64,000 bases of DNA from an uncultured Candidatus Saccharibacteria bacterium (GTDB lineage: Bacteria; Patescibacteriota; Minisyncoccia; UBA6257; CAYRSR01), in the NCBI GenBank assembly GCA_964427275.1, contig CAYRSR010000004.1, positions 2,769 to 66,768 of the forward strand, read 5' to 3'. Positions within the stretch are counted from its first letter, which is position 1. Each line of letters opens with the position of its first letter. Shown here in pieces: positions 27,830 to 36,991 of this stretch. The translations under genes and the position numbers were made by a program. Under the pieces are notes generated by a model. That model was not told where the DNA came from. It ran no database searches and saw only the letters and a list, made by a program, of their open reading frames with translations.

Positions 27830-28517
27830 AGCAATAGTTTTATATGGTCCTCCTGGAGCCGGAAAGGGAACTCTGGCTAATCTGTTAGCTCAAAACTATG
27901 ATTTAATTCACTTTGATACTGGTAAATACCTGGAAAATTTATTGTTTTATACTGATTGGTCTAAGTTTTCAAAAAGAGAACAACTGGAGTTTAAAAAGGA
28001 AAAAGAATTATTTGAGAAAGGAATTTTATTAAGTCCGCCATTTGTGTTAAAGGTAGTTAAAAGAAGAGCCGAAAGAATTGCTAAAGCTGGATGGGGAGTT
28101 ATTTTTTCTGGCTCACCACGGACTTTATTTGAGGCATTTGGCGATAAAAGAACCCTGGGACTAATCCCGGTTTTAGAAAGATTATATCAAAAGAAAAATG
28201 TTCTTGTTTTTCAATTAAAAGTAAAGCCACAAACTTCTATAAACAGGAATTTAAATAGACTAATCTGTCCAGTTTGCGGGCAAGTTCCTTTGGGCTTTTA
28301 CAATAAGATTTTGGATAAATGTCCGATTTGTGGAAAGAAGATGGTAAAAAGAAGTGTAGATAGAAGCACTGAGGTAATAAAGGTGAGATTAAAAGAATAT
28401 CAAAATAGAACAAAACCAATTTTAAGAGAACTTAAAAAGAAAGGTTATTCAATTAATAAAATTAATGGTGAACCTTTACCTTATCTGGTTTATCAGCAGG
28501 TCTTGAAGTTTTTATGA
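27813..28517 (+). CDS. adk: adenylate kinase (Zn-lid type)
   Basis: LYGPPGAGKGT P-loop and a CPVCG...CPICG zinc-ribbon lid; sits in the secY-adk-map order. Confidence 0.85.
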   Translation: MKGYFKAIVLYGPPGAGKGTLANLLAQNYDLIHFDTGKYLENLLFYTDWSKFSKREQLEFKKEKELFEKGILLSPPFVLKVVKRRAERIAKAGWGVIFSGSPRTLFEAFGDKRTLGLIPVLERLYQKKNVLVFQLKVKPQTSINRNLNRLICPVCGQVPLGFYNKILDKCPICGKKMVKRSVDRSTEVIKVRLKEYQNRTKPILRELKKKGYSINKINGEPLPYLVYQQVLKFL

Positions 28518-29281
28518 TTAGATTAAAAACTACGCAGGATATTAAAAGGATTGCTGAATCCGGAAGAATTTTATCTGAGATTTTGTTTGAACTTTTAAGG
28601 AATTCTAAACCAGGAGTTTCACTAATTTATTTGGAGAAACTAGCCAGAAAGTTATTTAAAAAATACAAAGCCAAACCAGCATTTTTAGGATTTAAACCAG
28701 ATGGGGGTCCAGCTTATCCAGCAACTATTTGTACTTCGGTAAATGAACAAGTAGTCCACGGAATACCTTCAAGATACGTCTTAAAATCTGGAGATATTTT
28801 AACCATTGATTCCGGCATAAATTATAAAAATTACTTTGCTGATGCTGCTTATACTATTGGAATTGGGAAGATATCTCCGATAGCTGAAAAATTGATAGCA
28901 GCTACTAGAAAATCTTTAGAAAATGCAATTAAACAAGCTAAACCATCTAATCGTCTTGGAGATATTGGTTTCACTATTCAGGAAACTATCGAAAATGAAG
29001 GATTTTCAGTAGTTAAAGAACTATGCGGACATGGAGTTGGGTATCAATTACATGAACAACCCCAGGTACTTAATTTTGGGCAGAAAAATAGCGGAGGGAA
29101 GCTTCTTTGTGGAATGGTTTTAGCCATTGAACCGATGGCTTGTACGGGGTGTGGTAGAGTTAAACAATTAAAAGATGGAACATTTGTAACTATCGATAAT
29201 AGCTTATCGGCTCATTTTGAACAAACCATTGCAGTTACAAGGGATGGACCTATAGTCTTAACTCCTTATTTAAAGCTTTAA
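28514..29281 (+). CDS. map: methionine aminopeptidase type I
   Basis: VHGIPS...DSGINYKNYFADAAYT...HGVG pita-bread motifs. Confidence 0.85.
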   Translation: MIRLKTTQDIKRIAESGRILSEILFELLRNSKPGVSLIYLEKLARKLFKKYKAKPAFLGFKPDGGPAYPATICTSVNEQVVHGIPSRYVLKSGDILTIDSGINYKNYFADAAYTIGIGKISPIAEKLIAATRKSLENAIKQAKPSNRLGDIGFTIQETIENEGFSVVKELCGHGVGYQLHEQPQVLNFGQKNSGGKLLCGMVLAIEPMACTGCGRVKQLKDGTFVTIDNSLSAHFEQTIAVTRDGPIVLTPYLKL

Positions 29282-29321
29282 AATTGAACTTAGTTTTAAA
29301 AAGTTTTATAATAGTTAAAAA

Positions 29322-29645
29322 GTGATTAAACTTAAGGACTTTCAAAAAATAGAATTAAGAGTAGCCAGAGTTTTAGAAGCTCAAAATATTGAAAATACTC
29401 AGAAATTAATCAGATTGAAAGTTGACTTAGGAGATGAACAAAGGCAGTTGATAGCCGGATTAAGACCAGCTTATCAGGATAAAGATTTGATTGGGAAACA
29501 GGTTATAGTGTTAGTTAATTTAGAACCCAGGCCTATTTTAGGAAATTTAAGTCAGGGTATGCTTTTGGCTGCTATTGATAAAAATGGGAATCCAGTATTA
29601 ATTAGTCCGGAAAGGTCAGTGGATTCAGGTGCGCAGGTGAAATAG
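29322..29645 (+). CDS. tRNA-binding domain protein (CsaA/Myf/EMAP-like)
   Basis: LRVARVLEAQNIENTQKLIRLKVDLGDEQRQLIAGL is an OB-fold tRNA-binding domain as in the MetRS C-terminus. Confidence 0.7.
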   Translation: MIKLKDFQKIELRVARVLEAQNIENTQKLIRLKVDLGDEQRQLIAGLRPAYQDKDLIGKQVIVLVNLEPRPILGNLSQGMLLAAIDKNGNPVLISPERSVDSGAQVK

Positions 29646-29648
29646 ATT

Positions 29649-29879
29649 ATGGAGAAATTAAATAAAACTTTAGTTCATGGTTTTAAGACTTATTATTCTA
29701 GTGATGTTAAAACTGGAATAGATTATCTAAGATATGACCTGGACTATTCTGAAGCCAAGGTATTTTTTAACCAGGCTAGAATTTATGGAAGAGCAAATTT
29801 TGAAGATGATGATGATAGACAGTATGTTCTTATTCATAACTCGGATGGAAGTTACACTTTAAAGAAAAGAGGATATTAA
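29649..29879 (+). CDS. hypothetical protein (76 aa)
   Basis: ORF with no recognisable motif; tightly packed between neighbours. Confidence 0.35.
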   Translation: MEKLNKTLVHGFKTYYSSDVKTGIDYLRYDLDYSEAKVFFNQARIYGRANFEDDDDRQYVLIHNSDGSYTLKKRGY

Positions 29880-29882
29880 ATT

Positions 29883-31085
29883 ATGGTTCCAAGTTACCTG
29901 GATAAAATAGCTAAAATTTTAAGAGTAAGAAGGGATTTTATGGTTGAGTTTGAACAAAAGCTTAATCAAGCATCTGGAAAATCTGGCATGCTTTATTCTT
30001 TAATGGAGGAAAATCAACGATTGATGAGAAATAGACTGGATGAACTTGGAATTGGAATGAAGTCTCCAGCAATCAAAATATACGATAGTTTAGTTTCTAA
30101 GTTAGAAGAAACTGCACTTAGAATTATGGAAACCAATAAATCAGTGATTGAGTTAGCTAAACAAATTCATAAGTTTAACAGAAGTTTTTATTTGAAACCT
30201 GATTCAGCTAAAAAGCTTTTAATTCAAAATCCTCCTCCCAGAGTATTATCAGCTTTGAAATACTCTTCGGTAGAACAAATGTTAAAAAAAGAAAGCTGGA
30301 AAGAAGTTTTTTGTGCAGTCAGGTTTTTGGAGACCAGAAAATGGATGAATCAAGTTTTTTTAAGAGACTATCGAAATTTAACTTTAAATGATTTTGAAAT
30401 AAGGGATACTGAATTAATCCAGCTTTCTCAAAAATGGGTTGAGATTTTAAAGAAATCAATCTCTAAGTCATACCATAATATTTCACATCTTAAAGAATTA
30501 GGCTTAATATATTTGCTTCCTTTAAAGCTGAGAATTTCAGCAGAGACTTTAAGAAACTTAGCTTTAATTATTCACTATGCCTACGAAGTTGAATTTTATA
30601 GTAAGATATTTGAGAAAATTTCAAGAGAAGAAAGCTTTGGGGAAAATTTAGCTAAATTGTTAATTGCCAGAGCAAGACCAACATTACCGAAACCTAAATA
30701 TGGACATCTTTCATTTTTGATTGTACAAAAGTATCTGTCCAGAATTAATGAGAATGATAGGCGATTGTTTTTACCTCATGTTAGTACAGAAGCTTTATTC
30801 TGGGATCAAGCTGAAAGTGATTTAGCTAAAATTAAAGGATTAGGATTCTGGAAAGATTTAAACTGGGTTGGTGATTTCTTTCCAACTGATACCAGCAAAG
30901 AAACTTTGGTTAGTTTTAACTTAGTAGATAACCTAATGAGTATGACTAAAGGTGAACAAATGAGCAGGTATTTATTCCATCATCAGGAAGCTTTATGGAA
31001 TAAGATATTTATTTCATATTTTGGAGAAGAAAAGGCTGAAAACTTAATTGAACAGAACATAGTTAAAGGGTGGTTTGAAGTATAA
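29883..31085 (+). CDS. hypothetical protein (400 aa)
   Basis: Long ORF with no recognisable motif; its stop is 2 nt from the RF1-like gene start. Confidence 0.4.
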   Translation: MVPSYLDKIAKILRVRRDFMVEFEQKLNQASGKSGMLYSLMEENQRLMRNRLDELGIGMKSPAIKIYDSLVSKLEETALRIMETNKSVIELAKQIHKFNRSFYLKPDSAKKLLIQNPPPRVLSALKYSSVEQMLKKESWKEVFCAVRFLETRKWMNQVFLRDYRNLTLNDFEIRDTELIQLSQKWVEILKKSISKSYHNISHLKELGLIYLLPLKLRISAETLRNLALIIHYAYEVEFYSKIFEKISREESFGENLAKLLIARARPTLPKPKYGHLSFLIVQKYLSRINENDRRLFLPHVSTEALFWDQAESDLAKIKGLGFWKDLNWVGDFFPTDTSKETLVSFNLVDNLMSMTKGEQMSRYLFHHQEALWNKIFISYFGEEKAENLIEQNIVKGWFEV

Positions 31086-31087
31086 TT

Positions 31088-31822
31088 ATGTCTAAGGTAA
31101 TTTTAGAGATAAGAGCTGGAGCAGGTGGCGAGGAGGCAGCCTTATTTGCTGCTGATTTATATCGAATGTATCAGAAGTATGGAGAAAAAAAAGGCTGGAA
31201 ATTTTTAGTTTTGGATTTGAATCAAAGTTCACTTGGTGGATATAAGAGTTTAATTGCTCAGGTAAGCGGGGAAGGAGTAGAACAGGATTTAAAATATGAG
31301 TCAGGAGTTCATCGGGTTCAAAGAGTTCCTCTAACTGAAAAGTCTGGAAGAATTCATACTTCCACTGCTTCAGTGGCGGTTTTACCCTTTGTTTCTCCAG
31401 AAAAGATAAAGATTAATCCCCAGGATTTGGAAATTTCTTTTTTTCGTTCTTCCGGTCCGGGAGGACAGAGAGTGAATAAAGTAGAGACTGCAGTAAGAAT
31501 AGTTCACAAGCCATCTGGAATTGTAGTTTCTTCTCAAGCTGGAAGATCTCAATTGCAAAATAGGGAACAAGCTCTGGAGATTTTAAGAGCAAAACTTTAT
31601 CAAAGACAAAAACAGGAAATTGAACAGAAAACTTCAGAAATCAGAAGAAAGCAGATTGGTTCAATGCAAAGAGCTGAGAAAATTAGAACTTATAATTTTC
31701 CTCAGAATCGAATAACTGACCATCGAATTGGTAAAAAATGGCATAATCTGGAAAGTATTCTAGATGGAGATTTAGAGCCAGTTATAGAAGCATTAAAAAA
31801 ATATTTCAAAGATACTGAATAA
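31088..31822 (+). CDS. prfA: peptide chain release factor 1-like, lacking N-terminal domain 1
   Basis: Begins at the domain-1/2 boundary (VILEIRAGAGGEEAALFA). Has the RF1-type PxT tripeptide (RVPLTEKSGRIHTS) and the GGQ motif (SSGPGGQRVNK). Only 244 aa. Confidence 0.7.
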   Translation: MSKVILEIRAGAGGEEAALFAADLYRMYQKYGEKKGWKFLVLDLNQSSLGGYKSLIAQVSGEGVEQDLKYESGVHRVQRVPLTEKSGRIHTSTASVAVLPFVSPEKIKINPQDLEISFFRSSGPGGQRVNKVETAVRIVHKPSGIVVSSQAGRSQLQNREQALEILRAKLYQRQKQEIEQKTSEIRRKQIGSMQRAEKIRTYNFPQNRITDHRIGKKWHNLESILDGDLEPVIEALKKYFKDTE

Positions 31823-31825
31823 ACC

Positions 31826-33862
31826 GTGCCTGTACTAACTAAATTAGAACTTGTTGGGTTTAAATCTTTTGCTAGTAAGACTGTTCTGGAATTTCCTAAA
31901 AATATTACAGCTATTGTAGGTCCGAATGGTTCTGGGAAGTCAAATATTACCGATGCAATCTGTTGGGTTTTAGGTGAGAGAGAAGCAAAGCATCTACGTG
32001 GAGAAAGGCTGGAAAATTTAATATTTGCTGGCACTAGACAAAGACCAGCCAGTTCTCTAGCAAAGGTTTCAATTCATTTTGAAAATAGCTCTGGCTTTTT
32101 ACCTTTAGATTTTAAAGAGGTTAATCTGGTTAGAAAGGTTGATCGTTCCAATACTTCTGAATTTTTCATTAATCATGAAAAAGTAACTTTAAATCAACTT
32201 TTAGAAATTTTAGCTAAAGCTAGACTAGGTCCTCGTGGGTTAACTGTGGTTAGACAGGGACAGACAGATGTGTTTATTGCCAGTTTACCAGAACAAAGGA
32301 GAGAAATAATTGAAGAATTTTTAGGACTTAAACAATTCAGGATTAAAAAAAATAAAGCTGAACTACGACTTAAAAGTACTCAGAATAACATAGAAAGGGC
32401 CAAGGCTGTTTTTGAAGAGCTAAAATCTAGATTAAGAGTGCTTCGGCATCAGGCTAATTTATGGGAAAGAAGAAAAAAATTAGAACAACAACTAAAAGAA
32501 TATCAAGATGTTTATTTTGCTTATGAACTAAAAAAACTTAAAGATAAATTTAGGCAAATTGAACCAGAATATCAGGATATTCAGCAAAAAATTAGTTACT
32601 ATAAGCAGGAAATTAAAAAACTGGAAGAGAAAGCCAGACAATTAAATCAACCAAAATTTATCAGTGAAAAGTTGAACAGTTTAGAAAAGCAAGAAAAATT
32701 ATTACTGGACGAACAATCTAAACTTCAAAAAAGACTGTGGCAGCTGGAAGCTGAATTAAAGAGAGAAATTGATCCTAAAGTCTTAGCAAGTTTAATTTCT
32801 CGTGTTAAACAAACTATCAAAGATTGTCTGAAACTAGATGACTTAAAAAGATTAAAGAAGAATTTACTTATATTACTTCAAGAAATCGAACACCAAACTA
32901 AATCAACTCAATATAAAAGTCAACTTAAACAATTGAGTAATCAGACCATTGAACAAATTAATCAGCTTAAACAGGAGTTTTTAAAATTGAAACAAGATAA
33001 GAAAAAGCTAATTTTAGCTCAACAGGAGTATAGTAATAAGATTAGAGATATTTATGAAGCTATGAATCAACAAAGAGAGAAGTTAAATATCTTACTGACT
33101 GAGGAAAATAGACCAATGCTGGAAAAAGAAAGGTTGAATGTGGAGCTGGAAAATTTAAGAAATAGAATTATCCAGGCTGGAAGAAATCTACAGCAAGTTG
33201 AGAATCTTAGTGTTCCTGTAAATCTAGATATCGATCATTTGGAAAGAAAGATTTCCAGATTAACTCAGAAAATTTTGAGTATTGGAGAAGTGGACCAGCT
33301 TATTTTAAAGGAAAAACAGCAGGCTGAAGAGAAATTTAATTTTTTGAATGAACAGTTAAATGATTTAGAAAAGACCTCTGCTGATTTGAAAATTTTGATA
33401 AAACAGCTAGAGCAGAAAATTCAGTTAGATTTCGAGAATAACTTAAATTCAATAAATGAACAGTTAAAAGATTATTTTAGGTTACTTTTTGGAGGGGGGA
33501 AAATTAAACTCTTTTTAGATGAACAGGGTGGAATTGATATTAGCTTGAGATTACCCAGGAAAAAATTCGGTGGCTTAAAAAGTTTATCTGGTGGAGAAAA
33601 AAGCTTGGTATCTCTGGCTATTTTGTTTTCTTTAATTTCTATTTCCCCTCCACCATTTTTAGTTTTGGATGAAGTTGACGCAGCGCTGGATGAGCAAAAT
33701 GTTTTACGTTTTACTCGGCTAGTAAAGCAGGCTTCATTAAATACTCAGTTTATTATTATTACTCATAATCGAGCTACTATGGAAATAGCTGACCTGCTAT
33801 ACGGTGTTTCTATGGGAAAAGACGGAGCGTCTAAAGTATTGAGCTTGAAACTTGAATCATAA
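31826..33862 (+). CDS. SMC-like ATPase, short form without recognisable hinge
   Basis: SMC-type N-terminus (KLELVGFKSFA...IVGPNGSGKSNI Walker A). C-terminal LSGGEKSLVSLAILF signature and LVLDEVDAALD Walker B. ~340 aa of coiled coil in between. 678 aa. Confidence 0.55.
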   Translation: MPVLTKLELVGFKSFASKTVLEFPKNITAIVGPNGSGKSNITDAICWVLGEREAKHLRGERLENLIFAGTRQRPASSLAKVSIHFENSSGFLPLDFKEVNLVRKVDRSNTSEFFINHEKVTLNQLLEILAKARLGPRGLTVVRQGQTDVFIASLPEQRREIIEEFLGLKQFRIKKNKAELRLKSTQNNIERAKAVFEELKSRLRVLRHQANLWERRKKLEQQLKEYQDVYFAYELKKLKDKFRQIEPEYQDIQQKISYYKQEIKKLEEKARQLNQPKFISEKLNSLEKQEKLLLDEQSKLQKRLWQLEAELKREIDPKVLASLISRVKQTIKDCLKLDDLKRLKKNLLILLQEIEHQTKSTQYKSQLKQLSNQTIEQINQLKQEFLKLKQDKKKLILAQQEYSNKIRDIYEAMNQQREKLNILLTEENRPMLEKERLNVELENLRNRIIQAGRNLQQVENLSVPVNLDIDHLERKISRLTQKILSIGEVDQLILKEKQQAEEKFNFLNEQLNDLEKTSADLKILIKQLEQKIQLDFENNLNSINEQLKDYFRLLFGGGKIKLFLDEQGGIDISLRLPRKKFGGLKSLSGGEKSLVSLAILFSLISISPPPFLVLDEVDAALDEQNVLRFTRLVKQASLNTQFIIITHNRATMEIADLLYGVSMGKDGASKVLSLKLES

Positions 33863-33881
33863 ATTTATTATAATAAGCTAG

Positions 33882-34259
33882 ATGTTATCAATTAGATTTT
33901 ATCCAGTAGGGAGAAAACATCAGCGGAGTTATAGGATAGTAGTGGACGAAAAAAGGTCCAAGCTTAAAGGGAAATTTATAGAGGACTTAGGTTGGTATAA
34001 TCCATTTACCAAGCAGTATTCCTTAAAACAGGATAGGTTGAAATTTTTTTTGGGTCACGGTGCTCAGCCAAGTGATACAGTATATAATCTTTTAGTTAGA
34101 GCTGGAGTAATTAAAGGAAAAAAGAGACCAGTGCACAAAAAGAAGAAAGTCAAAGAAGAGACTTCAAAGAAAGAAGTTAAAGCTGAGTCAGAAAAGATTA
34201 CAGAATCTAGCCAGCCTACTCAGGAAACTAAGTCAGAGGAAGTTAAAGAGGCTACTTAA
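33882..34259 (+). CDS. rpsP: 30S ribosomal protein S16 with Lys-rich C-terminal extension
   Basis: MLSIRFYPVGRKHQRSYRIVV...GWYNP. Confidence 0.85.
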   Translation: MLSIRFYPVGRKHQRSYRIVVDEKRSKLKGKFIEDLGWYNPFTKQYSLKQDRLKFFLGHGAQPSDTVYNLLVRAGVIKGKKRPVHKKKKVKEETSKKEVKAESEKITESSQPTQETKSEEVKEAT

Positions 34260-34274
34260 TTTCAATTGAATGGG

Positions 34275-34303
34275 TTGACATTAGGTAACTAGATAGTTAT
34301 TAT
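34275..34303 (+). promoter_or_regulatory. sigma70-like promoter TTGACA-17-TATTAT
   Basis: ttgacattaggtaactagatagttattat lies upstream of the KH-domain gene. Confidence 0.55.
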
Positions 34304-34362
34304 TAAGAATGCAGATATTTTAGAATTAAAAGGTCGAAGAGAATAATATTCCTAAATACTGC

Positions 34363-34662
34363 ATGGGACAGAAAAAGCCAGACCAAGAATTTCTGGAATT
34401 TGTAGTTAAGTCTATTGTTCAACATCCTGAGGATGTAAAAGTGGAAAGGAAGGTTGACGAAATGGGAGTATTGCTTTCGCTGAAAGTTAATCCTCAAGAT
34501 ATGGGCACTGTAATTGGTCGACAGGGAGCTACTGCTATAGCTATTCGATCTTTGTTGCGGGTGGTTGGTCAGAAGAACCATGCTCGAATAAATTTGAAGA
34601 TTGAAGAGCCAGCTAAAGTTGCTAAAAAGGAGGAGTCGGAAAAAGAATCTTCCTCAGAATAA
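34363..34662 (+). CDS. KH-domain RNA-binding protein (YlqC-like)
   Basis: VIGRQGATAIAIRSLL is the KH GXXG loop; conserved position between rpsP and trmD. Confidence 0.75.
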   Translation: MGQKKPDQEFLEFVVKSIVQHPEDVKVERKVDEMGVLLSLKVNPQDMGTVIGRQGATAIAIRSLLRVVGQKNHARINLKIEEPAKVAKKEESEKESSSE

Positions 34663-34737
34663 AGTTAATAGGCTTAAATATCTTCTATTATACTTCCCGT
34701 TAGTTTACCAGTGGTAGGCTAGCGGGATTTAATTTTT

Positions 34738-35430
34738 ATGATTTACTTTGAAATTGTTAGTTTATTTCCTCAAGTTTTTAAAGATTATTTCAATCAGTCT
34801 ATAATTAAGAGAGCCCAGGGAAATAAACTAATTAAAATAACAGTTTACAACTTAAGAGATTACACTAAAGATAAACATAAAAAAGTTGATGATTGTCCTT
34901 ACGGGGGAGGTCCGGGCATGGTTATTAAGGTTGAACCTCTAGCTCGGGCAATTACTACTATTCTAGCAACCAAGCCTAAAATTAAAAAAAATAAAACCAA
35001 AATAGTTTTATTTTCTCCAGCCGGAAGACAGTTTGATAATGAAATTGCTCGAAATTTGGCCACAAATTATCAGCGGATTATTTTAATTTGTGGTCGTTAT
35101 GAGGGTATAGATCAGAGAATTGAAAAAGTAATTAGAGATTTAGGTTATAAAATTCAGGAAATTTCAATTGGACCATATGTATTATCTGGAGGGGAAATTC
35201 CGGCTATGGTTTTAGTTGATTGTGTTTGCAGGCATATTAAAGGAGTGCTGGGAAAGTTCCAATCTTTAGAAGAAGAAAGATTAGGGGTAGGAGTTCCGGT
35301 TTATACTCATCCAGAGGTTTTTATTTGGAAAGGAAAGAAATATAGAGTACCTAAAGTCTTACTTTCTGGTCATCATCAAAAGATAGAAGAATGGAGAAAA
35401 AAACATCGGAGAGTAGTTGTTAAGTCCTGA
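34738..35430 (+). CDS. trmD: tRNA (guanine37-N1)-methyltransferase
   Basis: MIYFEIVSLFPQVF...PYGGGPGMV and the C-terminal SPOUT knot GYEGIDQR. Confidence 0.9.
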   Translation: MIYFEIVSLFPQVFKDYFNQSIIKRAQGNKLIKITVYNLRDYTKDKHKKVDDCPYGGGPGMVIKVEPLARAITTILATKPKIKKNKTKIVLFSPAGRQFDNEIARNLATNYQRIILICGRYEGIDQRIEKVIRDLGYKIQEISIGPYVLSGGEIPAMVLVDCVCRHIKGVLGKFQSLEEERLGVGVPVYTHPEVFIWKGKKYRVPKVLLSGHHQKIEEWRKKHRRVVVKS

Positions 35431-35473
35431 TTTGTTTACAATTTTGCATTTTTGGTGAAGTATTTTTACTCTC

Positions 35474-35501
35474 TTGACAAAATTAACTGTGATTGTATGA
35501 T
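35474..35501 (+). promoter_or_regulatory. strong sigma70-like promoter TTGACA-16-TATGAT
   Basis: ttgacaaaattaactgtgattgtatgat, followed by the AAGGAGGTGA Shine-Dalgarno 7 nt before the ATG at 35578. Confidence 0.6.
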
Positions 35502-35577
35502 TTAGGCAGAACTTTAAAAAAAGAAGAGGTGAATTTTTGAAATAAGTCTGTGATCAAGTAAAACAAAGGAGGTGAGA

Positions 35578-36108
35578 ATGCTTCAAGGTATCATTAAAAG
35601 GATTTTTAAGAAAACCAAAGAAAAAACTAAAGTAGTTGATGCTTTGATAAGGACTTACATAGACAAAGGATGGCTTGATGAAGCTGAAGAAGCGATCGAG
35701 TTGGGGGCTTCTCGTGATGCAATTGATCTTTTGATACGAGCCTACATTCAAAAAGGAGGATGGTGGCTTTACAGAGCTAGAGGATTAATTAAAAGATTGA
35801 AAGCTTCCAAGGGGGTAATTGATTTTCTAGTGAAGACTTATCTGGACAATGATAGACTTTCTGAAGCTATTGAAGCTGTTAAAGAATTTGGGGCTTCTCA
35901 AGAAATAATCAATTCTCTGACAGGAGCCCATATTAGCATAGGTAGACTTTATGAAGCTATTGAAGCTGCCAAACTAGGAGCTTCTAAAAAGGTAGTTGAA
36001 TTTTTAGTAAAAATCTGCATTCAGAGAAAGCAGGTTTTTTTAGCTAAGAAAGCTGCCAGACTGATAGGAAGAAGTCTTACAATTCAGGAAATCAGAGAGC
36101 TTCTGTAA
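35578..36108 (+). CDS. hypothetical helical-repeat protein (4 x ~36-aa repeats)
   Basis: Internal repeats of the form (V/I)DxL(I/V)(R/K)(T/A)YI...L(D/S)EA(I/E)EA(V/A)(E/K)LGAS. Has its own promoter and SD. Confidence 0.5.
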   Translation: MLQGIIKRIFKKTKEKTKVVDALIRTYIDKGWLDEAEEAIELGASRDAIDLLIRAYIQKGGWWLYRARGLIKRLKASKGVIDFLVKTYLDNDRLSEAIEAVKEFGASQEIINSLTGAHISIGRLYEAIEAAKLGASKKVVEFLVKICIQRKQVFLAKKAARLIGRSLTIQEIRELL

Positions 36109-36126
36109 TAAAACAATATTGAGGGT

Positions 36127-36155
36127 AGTTTTAAAGCTACCCTCTTTTTAGAAGT
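36127..36155 (+). terminator. Rho-independent terminator
   Basis: gagggtag-ttttaaag-ctaccctc followed by TTTTT. Confidence 0.7.
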
Positions 36156-36213
36156 TTATTTTGCTCGGTTAAAAATTTTTTAGTTGTCTTTAAATCAAAT
36201 AGGTTTTATTGCT

Positions 36214-36242
36214 TTGCATTTTTAGCTGATTTAATTTATAAT
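36214..36242 (+). promoter_or_regulatory. sigma70-like promoter TTGCAT-17-TATAAT, close to rpsB start
   Basis: The -10 ends 8 nt before the rpsB ATG, so the transcript could be leaderless or have a very short leader. Confidence 0.4.
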
Positions 36243-36250
36243 TTTTAGGT

Positions 36251-36988
36251 ATGATTCAAAAGAAACCTAGTCCAGAGATTTTTGCTGAAATGTGCAAAGC
36301 TGGCTTACTTTATGGATGTCTTAAGAGTCAAACTCATTCTGGTACCAAGCCATTTATTGTTGGCAACTTTAATAACATTGAGATAATTGATTTAGAAATT
36401 ACTCTGAATCACTTAAATGATTTAGTCAGTTTCTTAAAGGATAAGATTTACCCCTCAAAGAGTGAACCAGCCTTAATCCTTCTAGTTGGGACTACTCCAC
36501 CAGCTATCAAAGAAGTGAAAGAATTTGCCCAGCAGTACAAATTTCCCTATATTACTAACAAATGGATAGCTGGTACTCTTACCAATTTCAATCAGATTAG
36601 GAAAAGAATTGATTATTATTTGGAATACAAACAAAAAATAGAAAAAGGGGAACTAAAAAAGTATACTAAAAAAGAGAGATTAAAGATGGAAAGGGAATTT
36701 TTAAAGCTAAAACAGAACTTTGAAAGTTTGGTTGCCTTGAGTAGATTACCGGATATTTTATTTGTGGTTAATCCATTTCAGCATAAGATAGCGGTTTGTG
36801 AAGCAAATAAGATGAATATACCTGTAGTCGGAATAGTTGGAACTAATTTTAATCTTAAAAGATTTGCCTATCCAGTGTTGGCCAACGATTGTTCAAGGGA
36901 GAGTATAAGCTGGATTTTTAGTTATATTAGAAAAAACCTTAAAGAAGGCAGAAAAAAACGGTCTAAAAAGAAAACTGAATCAAAATAA
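36251..36988 (+). CDS. rpsB: 30S ribosomal protein S2
   Basis: LLYGCLKSQTHSGTKPFIVGNFNNIEIIDLE resembles the S2 N-terminus; followed by tsf (the conserved rpsB-tsf pair). Confidence 0.8.
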   Translation: MIQKKPSPEIFAEMCKAGLLYGCLKSQTHSGTKPFIVGNFNNIEIIDLEITLNHLNDLVSFLKDKIYPSKSEPALILLVGTTPPAIKEVKEFAQQYKFPYITNKWIAGTLTNFNQIRKRIDYYLEYKQKIEKGELKKYTKKERLKMEREFLKLKQNFESLVALSRLPDILFVVNPFQHKIAVCEANKMNIPVVGIVGTNFNLKRFAYPVLANDCSRESISWIFSYIRKNLKEGRKKRSKKKTESK

Positions 36989-36991
36989 AAA

